Shown here: positions 36,901 through 48,090 of the stretch, one piece after another
Position numbering within the stretch: the stretch's first letter is position 1
Layout of the letters: the number at the start of each line of letters is the position of its first letter
Assembly (NCBI GenBank): GCA_964035545.1
Contig: OZ037766.1
Location: forward strand, 24,420,126 to 24,484,125
Direction of reading: 5' to 3'
Source of the DNA: Bugula neritina
Lineage: Eukaryota > Animalia > Bryozoa
Length of the DNA stretch: 64,000 nt
Position numbers and translations under genes: made by a program
Notes under the pieces: generated by a model
What the model was told of the DNA's origin: nothing
What the model saw: only the letters and a program-made list of their open reading frames with translations
Databases searched by the model: none

Positions 36901-39900
36901 TTGTCCCATAATCATTGTATTTTGTTTGATCAGGTGGGTTTTGCCACGCTGGGCATGGGATGTGACATAGATTTTCAAGTTATCAAGCAACATTTGAAGA
37001 AACCGCTGGCACCAGTTATTGGTCTCATCTCCCAGTACACCTTTATGCCACTAGTAAGTTTACTGTACAATATATAGTTAATTGTTGTAATATTATTCAT
37101 TCACAGTATGCATATACGAGAATTAGGCCTGCTAAAGTCATAAAACAACTACAGTGATTTGCTGAGTTTTACCCAGTCTAATAAAACTAATCTCCATTGG
37201 ATATACCATATATCTTGCATATGGAGTATGAAGTGTTTTCCAAATTTATATGTTGCTAAAAGCCTGTTGGTCTAAAAATGTTACATTATTCACACATATT
37301 TTTTAAATGTTTTGATTTATACGGATTTAGAGTTTGTGTTATGCAAAGCTTTCTTCTAAAATTTTCATATGCCATTTTTCGACTTCAACACTAATGATAT
37401 ACGTTAGATATCATATTATACTATTGCTATGATTTTAGCATTAACAATATATGGAATGCCGGATGCTGTGCTGTAATTTCAACACTATTGATATAGATAT
37501 CGTATACTAATGCTATAACACACTATTGATATAGATATCGTATACTAATGCTATAACACACTATTGATATAGATATCCTTTGCTGTGATACACATTCTGG
37601 GATACAAAGGAGGGTTTGCTCTCGGTCTATTCGCAATGGGATGCTCTCCAGGCGGTGGATCAAGTAACATGTTCTCTAAGTTGTTTAATGGTGACATGTC
37701 CTTGAGCGTTACCATGACAACCCTCAGTACACTACTCAGTGTAGGTCAGTACTGCTGAATTACTGTTATATCTGTTTTATAACATTGTATGCCATAGTGA
37801 GTGTATTTTCATGTCATCTATTTTCTTATAAATTTCATTGGAAAGATTACATGTAAACAAGTGGTTTCTTTTAAATCTAAGATACACTTTATATCATGCT
37901 ATTTATCTAACTATTCACTAGAATTAAAACTTGTCATAAGGTTGCTGTTCATCAGATTTTTCTATTCCTGTAAAGTTAAATCAACTTAAAATTTGACTAT
38001 AGTTCTGCTATCACTTTGGCAATTAAATTAATTTATGTAACATCGCTGCCATTCAAAAGCTAGTCTAATAATGAAATCCAGCCAAGTTTTTGATATTTTT
38101 TTCTTAATATTCATCGAGAGCTACTAACAAATCGGTTTTCACCTTTATTGATAAGCAATTTGAAAAAAAAAACTTCTGAATCTCAGCCAAGCATCTTATC
38201 TCCAGAACAAATGTAATGTTATTGTAGTGATGTTGCCATTTTGGCTGTACACCCTCGGTAGAGCACTGCCCTCAGATGGCTCCCTGGAGAAGATAGAGAT
38301 ACCGTTCTTATCCATTCTGCAAACGTTAGCCGCTATAATGGCTCCTCTGTTAATTGGTGCCCTCATCAAATTCAAACTGCCCAGAGTGGCCAAAATATTT
38401 AGAAGAGGGCTAAAAGTGAGTCAGACTGATTCCTTGAAATTTCTCTAAAATCAAGTTGGCTGTCTATTCACTGGCTTAAAGTCATTTTTGCGCTTAGTTT
38501 TATTTACAATTCTAAGCATCTAACAACTAGTTAGGCACGCATTAAACATGATATTCCAAATTCAAATTCTCTAATGTAAGCTGAGGTAGGACTTTCTGAA
38601 ACACATTTTATATGTGGCTGTAGGGCTGTGATAGAAGTTCTAATAAGGTAATTGAAGTTCAGTATTTTTCAAATTGAAAAGATCTACAGTAATAGCTTTT
38701 GTTCATTAACACTAGCAGTATGTTTTTCTTCTTTTGTAAAACACGGCTATACTAAATTATACTGAAATCAACCTGGCCCCATCATTTCATAACTTTGGCA
38801 TTTTTTGTTTTTGTAGGTGTTTTTTGTCATTGTAATGGTATTCTTCTTATCTATCGGAATTTACTCAAACCTCTACATCTTCAAAGCGTTCAATGCCAAG
38901 CTCTTGTTTACCACAGCGCTGCTTCCTTTTGGAGGATTTCTATTTGGTGGTCTCACTGCACTAGTAGCAAGACTAGAGTGGAAGTTAGTAAAAGTAAGTC
39001 AGTTGTGTGACACCTCTGACAGGGAACTGCAACCTGTAGCAGGTGCTCCATAGCTAGAACATGCAACATTTTAGTTGTGTTATTTTAGGCATTTTATTAT
39101 TCATCTGGTTTCCATGCATTGATTACAAAATTAGCTGCAGCTTTACATTGTTTGCATATATATTGGCTTAAAAACTTGTTTTGCTTTGGTAAATCATAAA
39201 TACTTTATGTGGTCATAAGCAGAGTCTACTCTATGATTCATAGCTTGCTTTTCTTCACCTTTTTTCCAATGATTAAAAGTTTCATTTAATGTTCTAATTT
39301 TACTCACATGCACTGAAACTATTTTGTATGATACTATGATTAGATACAAAAAATCAAATAAATGTTTGCAGAAGTTTATAGCAAACTTGACTCAAAAGTT
39401 AAAATTTCAGGCTTAAATAACCAGTGACTATATATGCCAAGTGTTCACATTTATCACTTATTTATGCTAACTTCTTTTGGATATGAAAAGCATAAACTTG
39501 GGAAGGGTGTTACAAAATAATTTGCTGGAAGATTTAGCCTTATTATGCTAGCAAAGCAAAGGAAGCAAAATCCATTTTGCTCCATCTTTTCTTCTATTTA
39601 TATTACTTCACAATACAAAATTTTTAATGCCAACAGTTATACCATTTCAATTGACACGTTTTATGGCAACGCTTTACATTAGCACATATGTAGTCATTTG
39701 GGGTAGACAACTTATAAATTTGAAAACTATTTCGAACATGTTTGCTTATGTGTTATAATGATGTAAGGTGTAAAACTTATTTGATTTGATTAAATCATTG
39801 ATTTAAAAAAAGGGTTTCTCTAATTTTTCCTTAGCATGCTTAAAGTTTGCTGTGTATTGAATGCAATTTTACACTCTGTGCCTCATTTTCTGTCTACTTA

Positions 39901-41176
39901 TAGTTTGTTATTTTTTATTTTTCATTTTTAATTGAATGTTCAATACTTGTTAGTAACTGCATGCTTTCTTCCAGAGTTAAGGCAATTTTAACCGAATATT
40001 ACTAGAAACAGCATAGAGTTGGGGGTGACTGAGTACAACTCCAAGTTCGAGAGCCCAAACCAATGCACTCAGTGACTACCAACTCGGTGCTGTTTTAATT
40101 CATTTTCATTCTATTATGTTAGTATCATGGTAACGCAACTTCTCTATTTCGTTTTAAAAGAAAACTGTAGGGTTTTAACTAATGTCAAAAAGTTATCAAA
40201 TTAAAATGAAATAATGTTGAAAAATTAATGTAATGATATTGAGACTGCACTGAATTTGGTATTTTCCCTTTCCTAGACTATTATGTTGGAGACTGGCTTA
40301 CAAAACTTTGGTGTCTGCATCATGGTTGTGAAGACAGCCCTGGGACAGCCCGAGCAAGACCTGGCCACCATAGCACCAGTGGCAGCTAATATTATGTCCA
40401 GTTTCCCCGTTCTGTTCATCTGCATTATCTACTTAATATGGGAGAAATGTAGCAGTAAGAGAACGGTCAGTTCTTTAGCATATATTCTTGCTCAAAAAGC
40501 AGTTTTATTTAAACAAACTTTTCACTTACATGGTTTGCAGTTCTGTCGATCATAAAATTCAATATAGCTGTGTGAAAAAATTAAATCTATTTGCCTTTAA
40601 AACTTCAATTTTCTTGGTATTTTTTTAAACAGAAAAATACAAATATTGTGTAAGAATTTCTTTTTTTTTACTTTTAAACAATTAATGTTCATGTTTAACT
40701 AAAATCTAAATGCTTTATAAGTAATTTATCTCCGGTTTATATTACTAAATTTATTTTAAAAACACTTATATAAACAGTAAGAGGTATGCTGCATCAAGAT
40801 TGGACTATTCTTACCTATATTAATGTGCAGTGTGTAATTTCCCTCTATTTTTTAAAAGCTATATGCTATATTTGATAAAAAGAAGTCTGATTTTAACACG
40901 GAGCACCTTTTTCTAATGTCACATTTCAAAATCATCTAGCAGTGAAAAGTTAAAGTCACATTGTAGATGAAATGTTTGAGCATAGTTCTATATATAGTAA
41001 ATCAACCCACCTGTTATGTTCTTTTTATTCAGAAAAAGACGGAGGTGGACTCACCAGACTCTGCAAATGATGATTGTGATGAAGACAAACTTACCTCCCG
41101 TAGTGAGGACCATGAACTTTCAAATATGGCCGAAAATGGAGACAGCCCTGAAGAAAATAGAAAGTTCTTAATCTAA
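33949..41176 (+). CDS. SLC10 family sodium/bile acid cotransporter-like protein, paralog A (about 528 aa; signal peptide plus N-terminal ectodomain, SLC10A3/A5-like architecture)
   Basis: Exons 33949-34012, 34970-35175, 35410-35566, 36166-36335, 36934-37053, 37573-37744, 38228-38415, 38817-38993, 40277-40465, 41033-41176. SBF motifs: LGMGCDIDF..IK.HLKKP.APVIGLISQYTFMPL, GCSPGGGSSN..S.LFNGDMSLSVTMTTLST, MLPFWLY, ETGLQN. Confidence 0.92.
36405..36585 (-). mobile_element. About 180-bp structured non-autonomous element inserted in (TA)n, carrying a hammerhead ribozyme (retrozyme/Penelope pLTR-like)
   Basis: Flanked by (TA)n on both sides (about 36388-36404 and 36588-36601). Contains a type I hammerhead at 36411-36455 and hairpins at 36486-36508 and 36546-36583. 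Confidence 0.7.
36411..36455 (-). ncRNA. Type I hammerhead ribozyme motif (minimal), GUC cleavage triplet
   Basis: Minus strand: CTGTG (stem I) CTGATGA GGGG-ACAAA-TCCT (stem II, with G-U pairs) GAAA CAG-CTG-CTG TC^ CACAG (stem I'). The single-stranded catalytic core nucleotides are all present; the first stem II pair is G-U instead of the usual G-C. Confidence 0.8.
37482..37577 (+). repeat. 38-bp tandem repeat (2.5 copies) that includes the 3' splice site of SLC10-A exon 6
   Basis: Unit ACACTATTGATATAG|ATATCGTATACTAATGCTATAAC. The last partial copy supplies the real acceptor (exon starts at 37573). Confidence 0.9.
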
Positions 41177-42074
41177 TGTTTTGGAGCAAACCTTCACAGA
41201 ATTGAGTCATTTAACTCATATTACATTTAACTGGCTTTATTTATTAACCAAACTAACTTTTGTTACTAACTTTCAAAAAAATTTTTATTATGCAAAAAAT
41301 TTCAACTTGAAAAAAGTTGAAATGGGTAGCTGGTGATAAACTAATACAAACCATTATAAGTTAACAAATTAACCTTACCAGTATTTGTAATTCACAAAAA
41401 ACTGTTAATATTTTGTTCATGGCTGACTGTAAATACTTATTGTAATTTACTATATTATATGTTTTGCACTACAATTGTTACTTTTTTTACTTTTTATGCA
41501 ATATTTTTTACATAAATACAAATATTTGGAAAAGGAAGTTGTTGTTGGCCTCTTTATTTGTCTCTCCATATATTTTGTATATATAATTGATGGTATATTG
41601 TACTAAAGCTACAGTACAAGGTCGGTTATAGCTGCCTAGCTTAACCTGCTACTTAATGTATACAAATGCACAGCACATAATGTTTTACTAGTTATAGATC
41701 TTTGCATAAGTTCAAGGTGTGTTTGCTATATTGTCTATATCTAAGTATATGTCTAATGTCAAGCTTTACTTCACTCTAATACATATTGGCATACTTTGTG
41801 AAAATATCTTTACGGTATAGCGTAAAGTTGTACGATGTAACTTAGCGTTTTGTTAATGCAGTTATTACTTGGTATATTTCCTATAGCAATATCCCTATAT
41901 GCATATGATGTGAGTTGTGAAGTTATACGGAGATTTACTGACACCCATCTCATAGATTATCTGTAGAAGTTAAAATTTTACAGAAAGGAGGCTGTAGCAA
42001 GCCTAGCACAAGAATTATTTTATGAAACCAAATTTCTATTTTTTTGCTTCAAGCCGCACCCTTAATAACAAGCT

Positions 42075-42137
42075 GTAGGTGTGGTCTTAGTAGTAGGTGT
42101 GGCCTTAGAGGTAGGTGTGGCCTAAGTAGTAGGTGTG
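42075..42137. repeat. 18-bp tandem repeat (GTAGGTGTGGCCTTAGTA), about 3.5 copies
   Basis: Seen directly. Confidence 0.8.
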
Positions 42138-42504
42138 TGCTATAAATGAAAGACATGCAAGTACACAAATAAACAGAAGCAAACAACTTCTCAATAACAG
42201 CGTATTGCAACAATCACATACTTTGCACTATAAAGTTGCTGCATGGTATTGAAATGTTTGTTATAAGAACATAACTTTAAATTTAAAAATAAATTTTAGA
42301 TGTCAAAAAAACAAAATTATGAATATTTATCAAACACCTAGCAATAAACAATATGGATGTTTGAAAGTCATTAAATAAGTCTGAAAAATAAAAAATCAGG
42401 TATGCAAAGTTGTTTTTCAGTGAAACGGGTCTTGTTTTTAAAACTCAATATTGTTATTGTACTTAGTGTAGTTCACCAGTCCAGTATAATGCATACTTTT
42501 TCTC

Positions 42505-42544
<40 letters not shown>

Positions 42545-42643
42545 AAATGAGTGTTTATAAAACGTTACTAGAGTGCTCTATAGAAATAAATCTAGAGCGT
42601 AAACATTAGAAGAAATAAAATGAGATTTGATTAATATAATGGC

Positions 42644-42696
42644 ATTTATTACTAGTAGTTTCGTACACAAGAACGATGTGCACTCGTCAGATAAAT
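42644..42696 (-). ncRNA. Type I hammerhead ribozyme motif (mirror copy), GUA cleavage triplet
   Basis: Exact reverse complement of 42706-42758. Confidence 0.88.
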
Positions 42697-42705
42697 TAGC
42701 CACTA

Positions 42706-42758
42706 ATTTATCTGACGAGTGCACATCGTTCTTGTGTACGAAACTACTAGTAATAAAT
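42706..42758 (+). ncRNA. Type I hammerhead ribozyme motif, GUA cleavage triplet
   Basis: ATTTAT (stem I) CTGACGA GTGCACA-TCGTTCT-TGTGTAC (7-bp stem II) GAAA CTA-C-TAG TA^ ATAAAT (stem I'). Complete CUGANGA/GAAA/UH core; predicted cut after 42752. Confidence 0.88.
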
Positions 42759-45700
42759 GCCATTATATTAATCAAATCTCATTTTATTTCTTCTAATATA
42801 TATATATATATATATATATGGCATGCTTCCTGCTTAAAATAATTATAGTGGCGCTCTATTGTGGGTGAGTGTTTTGCCATCAGTAATAATATATATGTTG
42901 AGATATATAGCCTACATATTTAGAAACTTATTTAAGTACTAGAAACTAAAATATAATAATACTTTGCATTTTCAATATTTTATAAAATTTTCCTACTTTC
43001 CTCTTTAAATTTTTTCAACTCTACATTTCTAAATTTTAAACTACACAGCTCAATATGCACATATATCTGATAAGAATCTTAGCTGAAAACAACCTGTTGT
43101 ATAGTTCACATGCATTTCAATAACTTATTATAATCAATTATGTAATTTATAATACTATTCAATACATCAATAATAACACCAATACAATCTACAGTCATCA
43201 TTGGTAAGAGTATTGTTGAAAAATGTTTACAAGTCAACCAGCAGCTTATGCGCTTCATCTTCGTGTCAACGAACTCATTAACAGCTCTACAGAAAATTTC
43301 CATTAATTTATTATGGCAATCTGCCAAATCGCTTATTGAAAAAATGCAGCTTATATACTACTATAATAGAAAGTGACTCCTCCTAATGCAGACTGTGCAC
43401 TTGAAATTTGCAAAATGATTTACGACTTAATTACAGTTTGTTTTTACATAAGCTTGTGGGTAACCATGGAGACATGACATCACAGGCACATGGCTGGCAC
43501 ATTGAACTGTCTACAATAGCTGGTTGTTAGAAATTGAGTGGTTATTTTACATTCTGATATGCTACAAGTGGGTATCAAACTCAAGTTTGGATGTCAAAGC
43601 AGTGAGTGGTGAGTAACTTTAACATAAGTTAGTAACTTTTGACATAAACAGCTTCTTCACATTGTTTTTTTAAATACTTTTTAATAAATTTTTTACTGGC
43701 TGCTCCGTTATTGATACTACACTTTGTAATTTTAATTTTAATAAATTTTTTTCACATGGGTTTAAAAGTATGTAGGTTGCTATTTTATTGTTCTTTAAAA
43801 CATTCAGTTTTCATTATCCAAGTTCTAACTGATGAATTAAAACATTCTTGAATAATAATTCTCATTTTTTTGTAAATTGTCATTAATTAGTTGAATAGGG
43901 GACAAGGTAGTATCATATCGCTAAATTTACTTCAACTATGTACTGTTTTCCTAATGGCCTTGTGAGTTACTATTAATTGATGAGTATAATTGCATGTTCT
44001 TAAATAGTGTGGCTAAAGAATGCATGACACACTTCATTTATGCAGTCTTAAAATATTCTTGTAGACATAATAGCTTTCATCTACATGCTGTTTTGGGGTT
44101 GTATGATCAAACAATTTTGTTTTATGATATAAATTTTGTTCTAACAAATGCTGAATTGATTTAGGATTTCTGATCGATTGCAGAGGACGTTGCTGGCGGC
44201 TTTCACTTTAGTGGTTTTATAAAACATACTAATTATAGCTAACTATTATCATACTATTTTTAACTGCTGCAACACACAGCCTAATCACTGTTCAAGTTTT
44301 AAACTTTCAAGCCAGTTCAGTTATTAGCTGTTGGTATTCTATATAGTTCCTTGACTTTTCCTAATTCTATTGCGCAGCAATACATATGCAGGTTGCTCTT
44401 GAATGTGTTTAAAGGTGTGCAATTTTCAACTAGAATTAATAAACTAAGATGGTGGTTTTTCTGGCTCAGCTTTTTTTCACATTCTGGTAACTCTAGCTTA
44501 AATTAGAGCCCAACTCAGTGAGCACCTTTTTGCACCCATTTAAATTTTGTTGGAAACATAATTGCGGTTACGCTTCATATATCATCAAAGTGAAATTTTG
44601 ACCAACTGCCCATTAAAATTACATCGCTCAGCCTTAGCAATCAAACTAAAGCTCTCGAACTTTGTGTGGTTAATACAAATTCTATGCTGTTACATAAAAT
44701 AGTGAAGGTTACACCACAACTTTCTACTGAAGTTGTAATCAGATGCACAGCAATTTTACGTGTCTCAACTGTTTAATAACATATTATTACCATTGCGTAG
44801 CTTTGGTGTATAGCAGTTATTTTGCAAAACTAATTTAAAAGTTTAGATCTGTCAACTATTCCTTCCAACAGCTTACTAAACCGATTTGAGCAAAAGTTGC
44901 GGTTAGAGGCGTACATTGTTTGTAAGTAACAATAGATGTAATTGTAACTCTTCATACTGACAGTAGAAAAGTCCTTATTACAAAACAAGATCATTGAATG
45001 ATCAGATAAAATAAAACCTCGTATTGAAGAACGCAAATGTATCAAAGGGGTTAATAAAAACAGGTTCAGTACCATGTAGATTGCATATTTGGCAAGCGTT
45101 TAGCAACGATGCATGACATTAATGGCTTGCAATGTTATACGAATGATAGCCCGCTTACCCAATGCCCAGGAAATATAGATAGAATGGGTCTCTCTGCCCA
45201 CCTCTCTTATAGTTGACTACAAAACTGTAAACGTGAAGCAGCAGTGTTGTTTTAGGTGATCTTCTTTGGGATAAGCTGACATAACTATTTCCGCCGTACA
45301 ACTTGCTTCCTGCATATTCACATCAGTTTCAAAGTATTTAGCTTTGTTTTTTTACCCCAGTGACCATGTTAAGAAAATAATAGCGCAGTGCCATTATGAT
45401 CCAAGTTTTGGCTAAGTAAAAATATAATATGCAACAGGGAAATGAAATGAAAGAGCCTGCAACTTTTTCAACGCAGCAAGTTTTGTTTTATGGCCATCCA
45501 TATTATGAAATGGCATTTTGCCAAATCAAGATTTTGACTTGACTGTAGCATACATGTGTTAAAGTATGCTATCCTGCTGAGCCAAAAAATATAGCTTTGG
45601 CATTCAAGTATGCGCAAGTTATTTTCATAATTATAGTGATAATAAGAAGATGTCTTTCAATAATTATTTTGATATATATAATAATCAGTTTAAATGATTC

Positions 45701-47597
45701 ATTATTTAAATTTGTGCAATGCAATACATTAATATTGAGGCATTGATATTAAAATAGTCGCATATAATTTAACATATAAGAAAAAAATAGTTATAATATT
45801 TTTGCTAAGTTATATTAAAAATAGCGCAGTAGGCCACCCATGTATGGCAGAAACTCATCTAAAATATATAAAACTACATTTACAGCTACATTGAGAAAAG
45901 ATCTGCTTTTACTGTCGATGTCTAAGCAATCCTACCATTTGCTGCCATTTTATTGGCATTTCCCAGAATAAATATCAGCAGCTTTGTTTAGGCAAAGGAC
46001 AAAGTCAGGCCATCAGCGAAGGTCAAATGAAAGTTTTCCTTTCCGTAACCCAGTTCACCTGCCCAAAATGGGATCAACCTATTGCATGACTTTTCCTGCA
46101 TTTTAGAAAAATAAGCCTCGGACTTTTAGCAAAATATTTCATGTATGCTAGAGAAGATTAACTTGTAAAAATGCTATATAGGAGAAATAATTTTTCTGCA
46201 TTCCTGGCAATGCATATGTGCATTGTACTCATATTGCCTTATTTTTATATTGGCATAATTATTAGAAATTCCCAACATAATATAAAGAGCATTGCTTTCA
46301 CGAATTAGCAAATTATATATAAATTAAAAGTTATCTAAAAATAAGGAAATACTGATAAATATTTAACCTAGGTTTTTATAGTAATAGCCTGTGATTTGTC
46401 AATTACTCTGATCAGAATAAAGTGATAGGCTGGCAACCAGCAATCTGTGTAGTGGTTCAAGTATTAAAGGCGTGTAATTATTGTAGTTATAAATAAGCAT
46501 ACTCAACCTGTTTTGCTGTTGAAAAGCTATGAGATAACTGTTGAAGGTTTTTGGCTCCATTTTGTCTTACATTGGGTTTTCTAATTTAGTAAATGACTTC
46601 AACTGGCTGCCGTTTAATTGAAAATACAAATCTGAAGTACATTAGATTGTGAGCCAATGTATATTTTTTTTAATTTTATCATTTGTATTTACTGCAGATC
46701 AACAATTATTTTTTCATTTTCAACTAGGTAGCAAAATATATTTTTATGAAAATTGTGATTAAAATTTAATCAATTTTGTATAACCTAATTATCTGCTCAT
46801 TATATAAATATTTTGGACAAAAAGCCGTCTATTATTGGTATTTATATATGACTCTGTAAGAGATCATAACTCCGTCATCTAGAGTTTGCAGTATGTTATA
46901 CAAAGATTTGAGTTATAACAATGTTTATTATTTGAAAATGCTTAGGCGATGTATTGCTACATGTTGAATAGAAATATTATGCATTTTCTTTAGAATACAA
47001 ATTTTAGAATAAAAGTTGCGCGGATTATATACAATATGTAATGGCACCAAACAAATAGTTAAATCATGGCTACATAATTTTATCCGTTTTTTTACTTTAT
47101 TCAAACCAAAGAGTGCATTTTTCAAAGTACAGTGGTACTATGTCGTAGTGACTGAAACATGTTAATAGTAAAAAGGGAATCCCCTAAATGTGTTTATGAA
47201 ACAATAACAATGTGTGCTGTTTAAACGCTACTATAATTGCAGTTATGTGAGAAAAAATTTGTGTTTGCATTTACACCAAAGTTGCAAAAACAATTTATCA
47301 ATCCATAATTTAACATGTAAACACAATCAAATGTAAAATTAGAATATATGAATAGTTGAAGAAACTTTCTTCAGACCATTAAGCACAGAGAAAACAAAAT
47401 CTGTTTTTGCCAGGTTTTACAGATTAGAGTCTAGACATGCAGATATGTTCCCTTCCTTTGAGTTTAAGCTTTTGTGACTATTTTCTATATCAATTAAAGC
47501 TTGCAACACTAATAAAAATTGTAACAGTATATGTTGCTATTTTGATAACAGTGTAGAGTTAGGGTAAATAAGTTTCAACATGTTACCTATAGTTGAA

Positions 47598-47815
47598 GGG
47601 AGCAGCCGTGGTCTTGGGTTAGAGCGTTTGCCTAGTAAACATGAGGTCATGGGTTCGAGCCCTGACAAAGGCCATTAGTGATGTTAGGAAGAGCATCCAG
47701 TCATAATTGCTCCTGTGCCTCATTTAAATATTCCTTAGCCCGTTCTAACCAAACCCTTTTCTATCAGGGGTTTCTCACAGGGATAGCGACTATAAACTTG
47801 CGTGAGTTCTTTTTT
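47598..47815 (+). mobile_element. tRNA-derived SINE (about 218 bp), full length
   Basis: Head GGGAGCAGCCGTGGTCTTGGGTTAGAGCG...CTAGTAA...GGTTCGAGCCC (A and B boxes, AGT in the anticodon-loop position), a T-rich tail and an imperfect TSD ATGTTA..TAGTTGA. A second copy lies inverted at 50691-50900. Confidence 0.85.
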
Positions 47816-48090
47816 ATGTTATCTAGTTGAGTATATAAACAGAGATCAGTATTCATCAAAGAGCAATAGCTATATTTAACTGAAAGTCTTTTATCACTTT
47901 TCCTCTAAAAGCTTGTACATTAAGACTGCTATAATACAACAAACAGGGCATTGCATTACTAAGTAATATAGAGTGACAGCATATATTATGTAAATTTATA
48001 GTTATCAAGCATGCATTATAGTTTTTAGGAAAATTGGTCGCCTCAGCTATACAATCATATTTTTTAGAGTCAAAGATACAAGTTTCATCA

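Larger units (their letters stand above)
42542..42797. mobile_element. Fold-back element inserted in (TA)n: 95-bp perfect inverted arms plus a 63-bp unpaired tail; inverted Penelope-like pLTR/retrozyme
   Basis: Arms 42605-42699 and 42703-42797 are exact reverse complements around a CCA loop. (TA)n lies on both sides (about 42506-42541 and 42797-42818). Each arm encodes a hammerhead ribozyme. Confidence 0.8.

Noticed and set aside
42578-42842. Two nearly identical ORFs on opposite strands (MINIMAFITSSFVHKNDVHSSDKL...)
   Set aside because: A consequence of the palindrome; the conserved signal is the hammerhead RNA structure, not a protein.
47598-47670. tRNA-Thr(AGT) gene
   Set aside because: Acceptor and anticodon stems do not pair properly, and the sequence continues into a body shared with a second dispersed copy that has a TSD, so it is a SINE head.
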